From Puniceicoccales bacterium (GTDB lineage: Bacteria; Verrucomicrobiota; Verrucomicrobiia; Opitutales; JAIRKQ01), in assembly GCA_031258695.1 (NCBI GenBank), contig JAIRMM010000014.1:1-43133 (forward strand): a stretch of 43,133 nt of DNA. The letters run 5' to 3'. Under the pieces are notes generated by a model. It saw nothing but the letters and a program-made list of their open reading frames with translations, was not told the origin of the DNA and did not search any database. Both the position numbers and the translations under genes were made by a program. Within the stretch, counting starts at the first letter, position 1. Every line of letters starts with the position of its first letter. Shown piece after piece: positions 1 through 10,392 of this stretch.

Positions 1-152
1 ATTTCCTCATGGCCATCGGTTTGACATTTAAAACAGGCAGCTGCAAGGGCAAACTCTCCATTGTTTTCAATGGGGATTTTTGTGGCATCGCCCAAGGCAA
101 TTGCGAGTGCATATTCAAAGGATTTGCCGTTCCTTATTTGTGTTGTCTTCAT
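1..152 (-). CDS. Partial (5' end only) putative HaeIII-family type II restriction endonuclease; continues beyond the left window edge
   Basis: Not in the ORF track. ATG at 152-150 overlaps the MTase stop (ATGA) and the frame is open to base 1: MKTTQIRNGKSFEYALAIALGDATKIPIENNGEFALAAACF. The N-G-K-x-F-E-Y-A start resembles HaeIII-family N-termini as I recall them. Only 50 aa are visible. Confidence 0.6.
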   Translation of the reverse strand, partial: MKTTQIRNGKSFEYALAIALGDATKIPIENNGEFALAAACFKCQTDGHEE

Positions 153-1045
153 CGCCAATCCCTAAAATCCCTGCTCAAAATGAGTATCTCATTTGATTTT
201 TTATTTTTTCCCATCCCATATGTCCACGTTGGGACTACCACCGGATATCCGTCGTACATTTTACGTGCTTCATAGCTGTCATTGTAAGATAGAAGCCAGC
301 GATCCCTTGATTTTAATAAATCCGCTAAGGCTGCGTGATTAAAATTAGCATGCATATCTCCTTTGTTCCCATAGAGACGTTGTTTTATAAGATATGGAGG
401 GTCGCAATAGAGAAAATCATTTCCGTGCAACGGAATGCTTTCTCTAAAATCCATTCTCTCAACTTTTAGGTTTTTTATGCAAAAATTAGCAACCCTTTCG
501 ATGCTAGTCGGAGTGAATCGCGGATGCCCGGGTGACATGCCTCCCGATAATGTGGTTCCAGAAAAAGAAGAACGATTTAGAACAAAAAATACGGCGGCCA
601 TCTCCTTTTTATCTTCAATTTCGAGGATTGATTGTTGCAATTCATAAAATTTTGACTTTTCGAGCGGAAAATAAGGTCCAATCCTAGCCGCTAAATTTTT
701 CGGATCTCGCAGTAATTCTTGCCAAAAAAATACAAGAGGTTCAAATGTGTCATAGGCATAGACCGTAGTCCCTCGCCTTGCCAATTCTATTTCTATTGAT
801 CCTCCACCGATGAATGGAGAACATAATGTTTTCTGTCCACCGAGGTATTCATCCACGATAAACGGAACAGCCCTGCTTTTCCCTCCCGGGTAGCGCAACG
901 GAGACTTAATTTTTTGCTCACAGCAACAATTTCCAATCCCCGTGTGGAAATTTTTCGAAAAAATATCATCCGTTTCCATCCAAAAGCCATCGGTACAACC
1001 AAATGCGATAGGTCCAATCCTACCCCACCACGAAATTGTATCCAT
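149..1045 (-). CDS. Alpha-class (D12/Dam-like) amino DNA methyltransferase; start uncertain
   Basis: Motifs KSPLRYPGGKS (X), SPFIGGGS (I), LNRSSFSG (TRD region) and YCDPPY (IV) occur in alpha order. The first ~42 aa do not look homologous, so the true start may be further downstream. Confidence 0.9.
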   Translation of the reverse strand: MDTISWWGRIGPIAFGCTDGFWMETDDIFSKNFHTGIGNCCCEQKIKSPLRYPGGKSRAVPFIVDEYLGGQKTLCSPFIGGGSIEIELARRGTTVYAYDTFEPLVFFWQELLRDPKNLAARIGPYFPLEKSKFYELQQSILEIEDKKEMAAVFFVLNRSSFSGTTLSGGMSPGHPRFTPTSIERVANFCIKNLKVERMDFRESIPLHGNDFLYCDPPYLIKQRLYGNKGDMHANFNHAALADLLKSRDRWLLSYNDSYEARKMYDGYPVVVPTWTYGMGKNKKSNEILILSRDFRDWR

Positions 1046-1350
1046 ATTTTAGGGAATGTCAATGAATTTTCCCAATTTTGCCGGAATTTCAGTGCCGGCT
1101 GATGCCAACGGTTATTGTAGTGGCCCCGACATTGTATAAACAATATCACTTTACCGATAATTTCGTAAACCGGGCGGTTCTTTTTGTCTATGCGTCGCAA
1201 CCACTTATTCCCTCCAAGGTGTCGCAACCGCTCCGGCTGCTTCCGGGCTCAGGACTAATAAAAAACATTTTTGAATATTTTTGCCCTCTTGCCCTTCAAA
1301 TATTGTCAAAGAATTATTCCTCCAAAGAGTTTATAAACTTTTATGCTAGG

Positions 1351-2733
1351 TTACTTACCGATGTAATTGTAATTTTTCTTAAAAATTGGAATTCCAAAAA
1401 TGTAAAAGGTCTTTTTTTGTTTTTCTTTTCTTATTTTAAAAATTTCCAAACCAAATATGGTCACCTTTGTTTTTTCTGGTCTATCACTTATGTCGAATAT
1501 AAAGTTCTTGAACAACTTTTTAAATAAATATTTCCATAGCCGTGGAATAGAGACAATGTACGAACTTTTTTGTTGTGTAAAATCATGCTTTTTAAATTCC
1601 CCTATCATGCTATCGACACATGCTTCCCACGAAAAATTCTTCGCCCGTTTTATTCCTTTCTGGGACAATTCTTGCCGCAATTTTTCATCGTAATATACCT
1701 TTTCATAGGCGGCTACCATGGCTTCGTCGCTTGTGGGGTCGATTAAAATTCCGGCATCACCAACAACTTCTGGTAGGGAGGACACGTTGGATGTGATTAC
1801 TGGACATCCGCACTGCATGGCTTCGAGCGGGGGTAGCCCAAATCCCTCATAGAGTGACACAAAAACACAACATTCAGCCCGGGAATATAACGAAGCCAAG
1901 TCCTCATCTTCCACATAGCCGGTCTTGATAATTTTTTTATTGTTTTCGCCAAGAGTTGCCATTTCAGCATCAAAAAATTTTTCAAAAGCACCATTAGCAC
2001 AACCGGCAACAACAAAAACCAAATCATCAACATGGTTTTTCTCAATGAATTTAATAAAGTTTCTGAGTATAAAAATGAGATTTTTTCGCGGTTCTATGGC
2101 ACTGACAGTGAAAAGATAACGCTTGTCTATGGGAATGCCATATTTTATCCGAATTTGCCGGTTCTGCTCCCCATCGGCACACGGATAAAAGTTTGAACTT
2201 GCTGCCAATGATATTTGGGTAATTTTATGAGGGTCAACCTGGGGAAGTAGTCTAATGATATCACTTTTGGTGGACTCTGAAATGGCAAATATATGATCCT
2301 TCCATGTTAAACTTTTAATGATGTCAAAAAACAGTTGATCTTCGCCATGTAAAGGATAAACTATTGGAATGAGATCGTGAATAATGGTATAACAAACAAT
2401 GCCGGTTTCTTTAATCCCCTGAGAAATAGGATGGCGGGGAGATAAAAAAATATCAAAGTCCTTTACGTCGCCGGAAAAGATTTTAGACGTAATCCCAATG
2501 CCACCCATCGATAGGGCCTTTTTAACACGGAGGTAGACCCCGTAATCTGTCCCAGCGTATACTTCGACTTTAAGCCCGGGTCGCCTCAGTAGCTCTTTGA
2601 GAATATTATAAACGACGAAAAATATCCCCCGTCGTCCGCCATTACATAGGTAAGCCTCTAAAACTTGAGCGTCGTATAATACCCTGATTTTAGCTTTCCG
2701 ATTAAATTTTTTCTTCAAAAGTAAGTCGCCCAT
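1351..2733 (-). CDS. Glycosyltransferase family 4 (GT-B, WbdB/RfaG-like)
   Basis: Motifs [14 protein letters not shown] and [36 protein letters not shown]. Start placed at ATG 2733 (TAATG overlap with the upstream stop) rather than 2754. Confidence 0.92.
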   Translation of the reverse strand: MGDLLLKKKFNRKAKIRVLYDAQVLEAYLCNGGRRGIFFVVYNILKELLRRPGLKVEVYAGTDYGVYLRVKKALSMGGIGITSKIFSGDVKDFDIFLSPRHPISQGIKETGIVCYTIIHDLIPIVYPLHGEDQLFFDIIKSLTWKDHIFAISESTKSDIIRLLPQVDPHKITQISLAASSNFYPCADGEQNRQIRIKYGIPIDKRYLFTVSAIEPRKNLIFILRNFIKFIEKNHVDDLVFVVAGCANGAFEKFFDAEMATLGENNKKIIKTGYVEDEDLASLYSRAECCVFVSLYEGFGLPPLEAMQCGCPVITSNVSSLPEVVGDAGILIDPTSDEAMVAAYEKVYYDEKLRQELSQKGIKRAKNFSWEACVDSMIGEFKKHDFTQQKSSYIVSIPRLWKYLFKKLFKNFIFDISDRPEKTKVTIFGLEIFKIRKEKQKKTFYIFGIPIFKKNYNYIGK

Positions 2734-3176
2734 TAACCAAATCTCCGGTTCCAATTCTTCAAAATCGACGATGAAGAATTGGTTTTATTTTCTCCGCCAA
2801 CTCCAAATTCTACCATCACATTACATTCTTTACATATTTCTATTTCCGGAATATTTTCCTTCGTTCGATCTCCTCCATTTGCGAATACCAGCCGGTCGGT
2901 CGGATATTTTGCACGGACCTTGCGAATTCCATCGCATGCGGTATTGTCACTGTCATCAAATCCTAACAGGTCGATAACATTTTTTAAGCTTTCACAAATC
3001 GCCCTACGCGTGGCAAATTCCATGAAATTTTTACCTTTTTTGCGGCATAGCCACTCATCGGAATTAAGTAACACTATCACGCCATCTCCGCGGGAACTAG
3101 CATCTTTTATCAGACTTACGTGCCCTTCGTGAAGGGGGTCAAATCCCCCACTAACAATGTAATAAGTTTTTTCCAA
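2733..3176 (-). CDS. Cytidylyltransferase/adenylyltransferase family protein (TagD/RfaE-II-like)
   Basis: SGGFDPLHEGH (HxGH motif), LNSDEWLCRKKG and FANGGDR; translationally coupled to the GT4 gene. Confidence 0.88.
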   Translation of the reverse strand: MEKTYYIVSGGFDPLHEGHVSLIKDASSRGDGVIVLLNSDEWLCRKKGKNFMEFATRRAICESLKNVIDLLGFDDSDNTACDGIRKVRAKYPTDRLVFANGGDRTKENIPEIEICKECNVMVEFGVGGENKTNSSSSILKNWNRRFG

Positions 3177-3273
3177 AATTTAAAAAATTAATGTACCCTT
3201 GCTAAACCCTCGCGAAGAAAAGTAAAGCAAATATTTCTTTATTTTGATTGTGCGTATGAGTTAACCTATGACA

Positions 3274-5964
3274 CTATTCCAGTGCTGCTTGGGCTGCCGC
3301 TAGCTTTGCTACGGGAACGCGATTTGGTGAACAGCTGACGTAGGATAGTCCAATTTTATTGCACAATTTGATGGATGCTGGATCTCCACCGTGTTCTCCG
3401 CATATACCGATTTTTAAGTCTTTGCGGGTCGCTCGTCCACGTTCACAGGCAATTTTGATCAATTCACCAACGCCCAATTCATCGATGGAGGCGAATGGAT
3501 TATTTTTAATAATTTCACGCTCCAGGTATTGGGGTAAAAAACCATTGGCATCGTCGCGGCTCATTCCGAGGGTCGTTTGGGTCAGATCGTTTGTCCCAAA
3601 GCTGAAAAATTCAGCATCTTCCGCAATTTCTCCGGCCCGCAAACATGCCCGAGGAATCTCTATCATCGTACCCACTTTGTAGGCAAGGGAACATCCTAGA
3701 CGTTGTTCCACCGCTTCCGCAGCTTCGCGGATGATTTTTGCCTGATGTTTAAACTCAGCGGCAAAAGTCGTTAGCGGTACCATAATTTCAACATTAACCT
3801 CTATCCCTTCCCCTCTAACCTTTGCGGCGGCTTCAAAAATTGCTGTGCTTTGCATGGCAGTAATTTCCGGATACGAAATTCCCAGGCGACAACCTCTGTA
3901 CCCGAGCATGGGGTTACTTTCCGACATTGCTTCCACACGCAACTCCAAGTCGGCGGGATTCTTTCCTAATTTTTTTGCCAGGGATTCAATGGCAGGTCGT
4001 TCGTGGGGTAAAAACTCATGTAACGGTGGGTCCAGTAGCCGAATGGTGACGGGGTATCCCTTCATCGCACGGAAAATTCCCTCGAAATCTCCCTGTTGCA
4101 GCGGTTTTAGCTTGGCCAGTGCCTTTTGGCGATCTTCAACGTTGTCCGCCACTATCATTTCCCGCATGTAATCGATGCGTTCTCCTTCGAAAAACATGTG
4201 TTCCGTCCTGCAGAGACCTATGCCCTTTGCTCCTAGCTGGATGGCAGCTTGTGCTTGCTTGGGACTATCGGCATTGGTTCGAATGTCGAGCCTGCGATAG
4301 CCGTCTGCCCAGGACATTACGGAATCAAATATGCGGAACGTATAACTTTTTTCTGCCGCCATGGTTCCCGAAAGAACCTGGGTAACTTCCGATGGGGCTG
4401 TCTCAACGTGGCCGACAAAAATTTCTCCCGTCGTCCCATCGATGGAAATCGGTTCTCCTTCTTTTATCGTGACACCGTCGGCGGATACCTGTTTCTTTGC
4501 ATAGTCGATCACCAATCCTCCTGCTCCACAGACGCAAACTTTCCCCATTTGCCTCGCGACCAAAGCCGCATGGGAACTGACTCCACCGTGGCTAGTAACG
4601 ATCCCCTCGGCAGCCAACATACCCCGGATGTCTTCGGGGGATGTCTCCGTCCTGCAGAGGACAACTTTCTCTCCCTTAGCGTGCATTTCCTCCGCTTTCT
4701 TCGCTGAAAAATACACATTCCCCGACGCTGCTCCAGGTCCTGCCGGTAATCCACTGGCGATTTTTTTCACTTTTTCTTTCCCCGCACCATCGAAAATTGG
4801 TACCAGCAGTGACGAAACGGAATCCGCCGGGATACGCTTTATGGCCATTTCTTTGTCTATGAGGCCTTCGTTGACCATTTCAACCGCTATCCTAACGGCT
4901 GCTAGTCCTGTTCGCTTACCATTTCGCGTTTGCAGCATGTACAATTTGTCATTTTCGATGGTGAATTCGAAATCCTGCATGTCGCGGAAGTGATGTTCTA
5001 GGGTCTGGCAAACCTTAACCAATTGGTCAAAAACAACGGGCATGTCGTTTTTTAAATTTGCAATTGCCTGGGGCGTACGAATGCCGGCGACGACATCTTC
5101 CCCCTGGGCGTTTATTAGATATTCACCGTAGAAAACATTTTCACCATTTGCAGGATCTCTGGTAAACGCAACGCCCGTCGCACAATTGTTACCCATGTTG
5201 CCAAATATCATGCTTTGCACATTGACCGCAGTGCCCCATTCCGCCGGGATATTATACTTCCTGCGATAGATTACCGCACGCTCATTGTGCCAGGATTCAA
5301 AGACGGCACCAATGGCTCCCCTCAGCTGGTCAAAAACATCCTGGGGAAATTCCTTACCCGTCCGTCCAACGATCAACTTTTTGTAGCGGCCAATGACATC
5401 CTTGAGGTTTTCAGCTGTCAAATCAGGATCGCTGTGCACGCCGGCTTTCCTTTTAATATCCGATAAAATTTCTTCAAACGGGTCGCGGGATTCATCATTT
5501 TCCGCATGGACTCCCATCACAACGTCACCGTACATTTGAATAAATCTACGGTAGCAATCGTAGGCAAACCTAGGATTATTGGTGTTTTCAGCCTGGCCAA
5601 TGACAGTCTCATCGTTCAACCCTAGGTTTAAAATGGTATCCATCATCCCCGGCATGGATTCCCGAGCACCCGAACGGACGGAAAATAGCAGTGGATTTTT
5701 TACATCGCCGAACTTTTTCCCCTGCTGGTTCTCCACATTGGCCAAGGCTTTTTTTGCGTCCGACCAAACATTGTCCGGCAATTTGCCATTATTTTTGTAA
5801 TACTCGGCACAAACCTCCGTTGTGATCGTAAAACCCGGCGGGACAGGTAACCCAATCTTTGCCATTTCTGCAAGGTTGGCTCCCTTTCCTCCCAACAAAG
5901 CACGCATGCTGGCATCGCCATCGGTCTTTACGCCGAATTCATATATGAAATTCCCTATGCTCAT
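3274..5964 (-). CDS. ppdK: Pyruvate, phosphate dikinase
   Basis: [33 protein letters not shown], phospho-His region [33 protein letters not shown] and [10 protein letters not shown]; 896 aa. Confidence 0.98.
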   Translation of the reverse strand: MSIGNFIYEFGVKTDGDASMRALLGGKGANLAEMAKIGLPVPPGFTITTEVCAEYYKNNGKLPDNVWSDAKKALANVENQQGKKFGDVKNPLLFSVRSGARESMPGMMDTILNLGLNDETVIGQAENTNNPRFAYDCYRRFIQMYGDVVMGVHAENDESRDPFEEILSDIKRKAGVHSDPDLTAENLKDVIGRYKKLIVGRTGKEFPQDVFDQLRGAIGAVFESWHNERAVIYRRKYNIPAEWGTAVNVQSMIFGNMGNNCATGVAFTRDPANGENVFYGEYLINAQGEDVVAGIRTPQAIANLKNDMPVVFDQLVKVCQTLEHHFRDMQDFEFTIENDKLYMLQTRNGKRTGLAAVRIAVEMVNEGLIDKEMAIKRIPADSVSSLLVPIFDGAGKEKVKKIASGLPAGPGAASGNVYFSAKKAEEMHAKGEKVVLCRTETSPEDIRGMLAAEGIVTSHGGVSSHAALVARQMGKVCVCGAGGLVIDYAKKQVSADGVTIKEGEPISIDGTTGEIFVGHVETAPSEVTQVLSGTMAAEKSYTFRIFDSVMSWADGYRRLDIRTNADSPKQAQAAIQLGAKGIGLCRTEHMFFEGERIDYMREMIVADNVEDRQKALAKLKPLQQGDFEGIFRAMKGYPVTIRLLDPPLHEFLPHERPAIESLAKKLGKNPADLELRVEAMSESNPMLGYRGCRLGISYPEITAMQSTAIFEAAAKVRGEGIEVNVEIMVPLTTFAAEFKHQAKIIREAAEAVEQRLGCSLAYKVGTMIEIPRACLRAGEIAEDAEFFSFGTNDLTQTTLGMSRDDANGFLPQYLEREIIKNNPFASIDELGVGELIKIACERGRATRKDLKIGICGEHGGDPASIKLCNKIGLSYVSCSPNRVPVAKLAAAQAALE

Positions 5965-6033
5965 GATACTCCTTAGCCTGACAAGCTATATGAAACATCC
6001 CCACCCTTGTCAAATACCAAAAAACGCAAAAAA

Positions 6034-7863
6034 TCACTGACAATTTGGCAATGCTCTGGATACTATGGCTTTTTTCAAATATTCAATGGCGGATGGCAAT
6101 TTTAGCGTACCGGTAAAATTTTTGTCCACGCGCGAACGTATGGAAATCGCACCCGTCTCCACTTCTTTGGGGCCTAGGATAAACATGTGGGGAATTTTAT
6201 CGATTTCCGCACGCCGAATTTTGGCATTCAATTTGTCGGAATGTCCATCCACGGACCCACGAATTCCGCACGCTTTCAACTCCCGATTAACCCCATTGGC
6301 ATGGGCGATTAAATCATCATTTAATGGGATGATCCTGATTTGTTCTGGAGCCAACCATGTCGGGAAATCCCCACCAAAATGTTCAATTAGTAGCCCCACA
6401 AAACGTTCCAGGGATCCAAATGGAGCACGGTGGATCATTATCGGGCGATATTCTTTGTTATCGCTTCCGACGTATGACATTTTAAAACGTTCGGGAAGAT
6501 TATAGTCCACTTGCACTGTTCCCAATTGCCATTCACGGCCGATTACGTCTTGGACAATAAAATCAATTTTGGGGCCGTAAAATGCAGCCTCTCCTTCGGC
6601 TACTTCAAAGGGAACGCCCAATTCGTCGGCTGCCGCCCGCAGTGCTTTTTCCGCAACCATCCAATTCCCGTCGTCACCGATATATTTATCGGAATTCCTA
6701 TCGCGCAGCCCAATCCGCACGCGGAATTTTTCCATTCCGAGGGTCTTGAAGATAACTTTCACCAGGGACAGACATCCATTAATTTCATCGTGGAGCTGCT
6801 CCTGTGTGCAAAAAATATGGGCATCGTCCTGGGTAAAGCTTCTCACCCGTGTCATACCGCTTAATTCTCCCGACTGTTCCCATCGATAAACGGTCCCGAA
6901 TTCCGCAATCTTAAATGGTAAATCCCTATAGGATCGCTGGTCCGACATGTATATCATGATATGACCTGGACAATTCATCGGTTTCAGCAAAAAACCATCC
7001 GCGTTTCCCCCCTCAAGATCGTCAAACATCGCCCTACATGATTGGTTTGAAACGGTGGCTTTTTCAAGGGACTCCCTATCCGGTAACGGAGGAAATTGCG
7101 ACTCTTTGTAGTAGGGGAAATGCCCCGATGTTTTGAAAAGTCCAAGCTTGGCTATGTGGGGAGTAAATACCTGTTGATAGCCCTGTTTTTCGAGTTCTTC
7201 GAGGATAAAATTTTGTAATTCCTGCCGGATGATGGCCCCCCTGGGTAGCCATAATATCATGCCCTGGCCAAACCCATCGTCTATGGTGAAAAGTTTCAGT
7301 TCTTTTCCCAACTTGCGATGGTCTCGTTTCTTTGCATCTTCGAGCATTGCCAAGTGTTCGTCCAGTTCTTTCTTGGACGCAAATGCAGTCCCCGAAATAC
7401 GTTGCAACTGCTTATTTTTTTCACTGCCACGATAGTAGGCACCGGCGATGTTCAGCAATTTAACCGCTCCAATTTCCTTCGTCGAGTTGAGGTGTTCCCC
7501 CCGGCAAAGGTCTGTAAATTCCCCATTGGTGTACAATGAAATTTCTTCCCCTTCGGGAATGTCTGCTAGCCGTTCGAGTTTATAGGTTTGATTTTTTGAT
7601 TTCATCAGGGCCATCGCTTCATCACGGCCAACGATGGTTTTGACAAATTTTTGATCTTCCGAGATTATTTTCAACATCTCCCCTTCGATTTTTTCCAAAT
7701 CTTCCTGGGAAAATTTATGGTCCAGGTCGAAATCATAGTAAAACCCTGTTCGCGTTGATGGTCCGATATCAAGTTTGGCTTCCGGAAATAATCGTAATAC
7801 CGCTGCAGCCAACACATGTGCCGCAGAATGCCGAATTTTGTCTAAATCAACACACTCATTCAT
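6034..7863 (-). CDS. thrS: Threonine--tRNA ligase (no N-terminal TGS domain)
   Basis: RHSAAHVLA, DLCRGEH, RDHRKLGKEL, LKPMNCPGH, FTQDDAHIFC, AFYGPKID and IHRAPFGSLERF. Confidence 0.98.
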   Translation of the reverse strand: MNECVDLDKIRHSAAHVLAAAVLRLFPEAKLDIGPSTRTGFYYDFDLDHKFSQEDLEKIEGEMLKIISEDQKFVKTIVGRDEAMALMKSKNQTYKLERLADIPEGEEISLYTNGEFTDLCRGEHLNSTKEIGAVKLLNIAGAYYRGSEKNKQLQRISGTAFASKKELDEHLAMLEDAKKRDHRKLGKELKLFTIDDGFGQGMILWLPRGAIIRQELQNFILEELEKQGYQQVFTPHIAKLGLFKTSGHFPYYKESQFPPLPDRESLEKATVSNQSCRAMFDDLEGGNADGFLLKPMNCPGHIMIYMSDQRSYRDLPFKIAEFGTVYRWEQSGELSGMTRVRSFTQDDAHIFCTQEQLHDEINGCLSLVKVIFKTLGMEKFRVRIGLRDRNSDKYIGDDGNWMVAEKALRAAADELGVPFEVAEGEAAFYGPKIDFIVQDVIGREWQLGTVQVDYNLPERFKMSYVGSDNKEYRPIMIHRAPFGSLERFVGLLIEHFGGDFPTWLAPEQIRIIPLNDDLIAHANGVNRELKACGIRGSVDGHSDKLNAKIRRAEIDKIPHMFILGPKEVETGAISIRSRVDKNFTGTLKLPSAIEYLKKAIVSRALPNCQ

Positions 7864-8072
7864 CGCTGTCCTATTCCTAGGGAAGGTTTTTCAAAAAAAA
7901 AGAAAAAAGAAGGTTTTGCTGGAAATATCCTTCATCAAAAATGAACCGTAACATTTCCGCTAAAAATCATTATCCTTGGCTCGCCATGCCATCATAACTC
8001 TAGTGTCAAGCGTCGGTTCCCAGGGTCATTTAGTTCTTGTCGAAGGAAAACGAAAAGGGTGGATAAAAAGGA

Positions 8073-9248
8073 TTAGGTGATTGCTTTGATGCTATTGACC
8101 ATGCGTGACAATACATTTTTCCACTCGTCTTCCCCATATTCGGAACAGACGGAAAGTCTAAGCCGTGCGTGGCCGAGAGGAACCGAAGGATAGCGAATTG
8201 CTGCCAAATAAATCCCTCGTTGGTAAAGATTTTCGAAAATCTTCATCGTCGTCGTTTCATCTCCGATGATTATGGGTAAAATAGCTACGGCTTCCGGAGG
8301 GAATGCCATTCCACATTCTGAAAAAATACTTTTTGCCATCTCCGAAAGCTGTTTCAATCTGTGTACTCTCTCTGGCTGACTTTTCAAGATTTGTAAAGCC
8401 TTCGACGAAGCTGCCAATACCGAGCTTGGGAGCATCGTAGAACATAGGAAAGGGCGAGAACGCTGGCACAGGTATTGAATTAGACATTTGGTCCCGCAAA
8501 CAAAACCACCCAGGCTTCCGAGCGCTTTGCTGCACGTTCCAACTTGTATGATGCGTGGATTTGGTAAAATATTGAAATATTCCAGGGTCCCATGCCCCCT
8601 TTCCCCCAAAACGCCCAACCCATGAGCATCATCGATGATAATATGAGCGTCGAAACTTTCTGCCAGTTGCAACAGTTCTGGCAATGGGGCAACGGTTCCA
8701 TCCATGCTAAAAACCCCTTCCGTAATAATAAAGCGCGACTGCGCGTTTCGATGTTCATTCAATAGTTCCCGCAGCCGATCAACGTCGCGGTGGGGATAAA
8801 TCACTACCTTGGCATGGGAAAGTTTGCAACCGTCAATTATGCTAGCGTGGTTCTTTTCATCACTGAACATCACGTCTCCGCTGCAGCCAACGGTTGAAAT
8901 TAGACCGATGTTTGCCATATATCCGGTGTTGAACATCAATGCCGCTTCGGAATGTTTAAAATCTGCCAATTCCCTTTCCAGTTGATTCGCCAGCGGATGT
9001 GCCCCCGTTGTTAACCGCGCACCGCTGGACCCAGAACCATCATAACGCATACATTTTTGCGCGGATTCTATGACTTCGGGATGAAATCGTAGCCCCAAAT
9101 AGTCGTTAGTACACGCCACGAAAAGTCTATGGCCAGTCTCGGTCACGCCATGGGTTGCATCGAGAAATTTTAGCACTGGAATATTTCTCGTCAAATTTAT
9201 GCGATGGCATTTTTCAATTTCAGATTGCCAATATGTTTCCCCGGGCAT
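8073..9248 (-). CDS. bioF: 8-amino-7-oxononanoate synthase
   Basis: NDYLGL, GSSGARL, TGYMANIG, NHASIIDG, EGVFSMDG, DDAHGLG and GTCSKALG (PLP lysine); 2 bp downstream of bioW. Confidence 0.93.
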   Translation of the reverse strand: MPGETYWQSEIEKCHRINLTRNIPVLKFLDATHGVTETGHRLFVACTNDYLGLRFHPEVIESAQKCMRYDGSGSSGARLTTGAHPLANQLERELADFKHSEAALMFNTGYMANIGLISTVGCSGDVMFSDEKNHASIIDGCKLSHAKVVIYPHRDVDRLRELLNEHRNAQSRFIITEGVFSMDGTVAPLPELLQLAESFDAHIIIDDAHGLGVLGERGHGTLEYFNILPNPRIIQVGTCSKALGSLGGFVCGTKCLIQYLCQRSRPFLCSTMLPSSVLAASSKALQILKSQPERVHRLKQLSEMAKSIFSECGMAFPPEAVAILPIIIGDETTTMKIFENLYQRGIYLAAIRYPSVPLGHARLRLSVCSEYGEDEWKNVLSRMVNSIKAIT

Positions 9249-9250
9249 GT

Positions 9251-10036
9251 TTATTTCCGCAAAGTTTTCACCAATACCGGTTGATGTTCGAAAAAATTAA
9301 TCAAATCATCGAGATCTGCATTCGGTTTAACAAAAAACACACGCCCGCCGATATTGTCCTCTTTCAGTTTCATTGGAGAAAGTCTCCTATAAATTTCTTT
9401 GGAAGCAACATATCCAGTATCGTAATGCGGATCATCGGACCAACACAACTCTGCCATATAATCCTTTGTAAACGCTGCCTTCGAAGCTAATATCACGGCC
9501 TCACGGACCTTTTCACCACCTACACCGGATTCGACTAAAAAGCTTAAAAAAGCGGACTCATTTTCACAGTCCATGTGAGATAGTCGAACCCCTCGGACGC
9601 CGAAGTCATCGATGCGTTTACCGGTGCTAGCATCTAGGACCATTCCTCCCCTCATGCTTGCCGACAAATTCTTGATCAACGCAACACCTTTGCGCGCTGC
9701 GGTTTTAGAAACTCCAAACTCAACGAGCGAAGCAATGGCATTGCCATGGGCTTGCTCCACGGTTGCAAATTCCAGTGATTCCATTTTTAAAGCAGGTACT
9801 AGACGAATCGTTGCTCCGTCCATTTTGTCAATTTGAATATTGATGGTATCCGCCACGCCACGCGTGTGTGTTAAAACCCTCTGGAGAAGATTTTGAACAA
9901 CCGTAGCAATTTGATCGTCGGATACCAAACGTTCGCAACCGGATAAATGCTGTCCTTCTTTTCCATTACTGCCATTGGTTGCAGCTCGCATGCGTACGCT
10001 AAATAAGTAGTGTGGCAATGATTTATTCTCACCCAT
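9251..10036 (-). CDS. bioW: 6-carboxyhexanoate--CoA ligase (pimeloyl-CoA synthetase)
   Basis: SVRMRA, HLSGCERL, MRGGMVLD, RGVRLSHMD, EAVILASK, AELCWSDDPHYDTGYVAS and GGRVFFV. Confidence 0.93.
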   Translation of the reverse strand: MGENKSLPHYLFSVRMRAATNGSNGKEGQHLSGCERLVSDDQIATVVQNLLQRVLTHTRGVADTINIQIDKMDGATIRLVPALKMESLEFATVEQAHGNAIASLVEFGVSKTAARKGVALIKNLSASMRGGMVLDASTGKRIDDFGVRGVRLSHMDCENESAFLSFLVESGVGGEKVREAVILASKAAFTKDYMAELCWSDDPHYDTGYVASKEIYRRLSPMKLKEDNIGGRVFFVKPNADLDDLINFFEHQPVLVKTLRK

Positions 10037-10081
10037 TAGGACGACAAATATCTACATCCTATTAGCAACAAATCAAGTTAT

Positions 10082-10360
10082 TTAACAGCAATTAAAAAGC
10101 AATAATTGGGGTCCTCCATGGGATTTCTGCATATCCCCGCGAAAAAACAAAAGCTTCGGACCATTTCGCTCTTCGTCCATGGCAGAATTTTCCAACAAAC
10201 GCAGTACGGTTGCGATTTCGTTTTCTCCAGGTTCCATGGCCATTTGATTGGTCATACCTTCATTTTCCGCCAGGAAGAGTGAAAGCAAATGAACGGTCGA
10301 CACGCCTCCCTGGCCGGTACCGTTTATGACCTTTCCATCCATGGCAATGTGCCCGCACAC
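10082..10360 (-). pseudogene. ISAs1-family (H-repeat) transposase remnant
   Basis: HIAMDGKVING...VHLLSLFLAENEGMTNQMAMEPGENEIATVLRLLE follows the ISAs1 pattern IAIDGK...LHLVSAF...QxxVxxKSNEIxAIPxLL. Only ~55 aa of similarity; no terminal inverted repeats seen. Confidence 0.7.
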
Positions 10361-10392
10361 ACACTCCCCGGGAGATTAAGAAATATCAATGG

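Noticed and set aside
1194-1229. Direct repeat GTCGCAACC x2, resembling the start of a CRISPR repeat
   Set aside because: Only 9 bp, two copies, with no array periodicity and no cas genes.
793-1527. ORFs 793..1227 (-) and 1078..1527 (+) as real genes, e.g. an RM controller protein
   Set aside because: No helix-turn-helix or other recognisable motif; both overlap better-supported genes.
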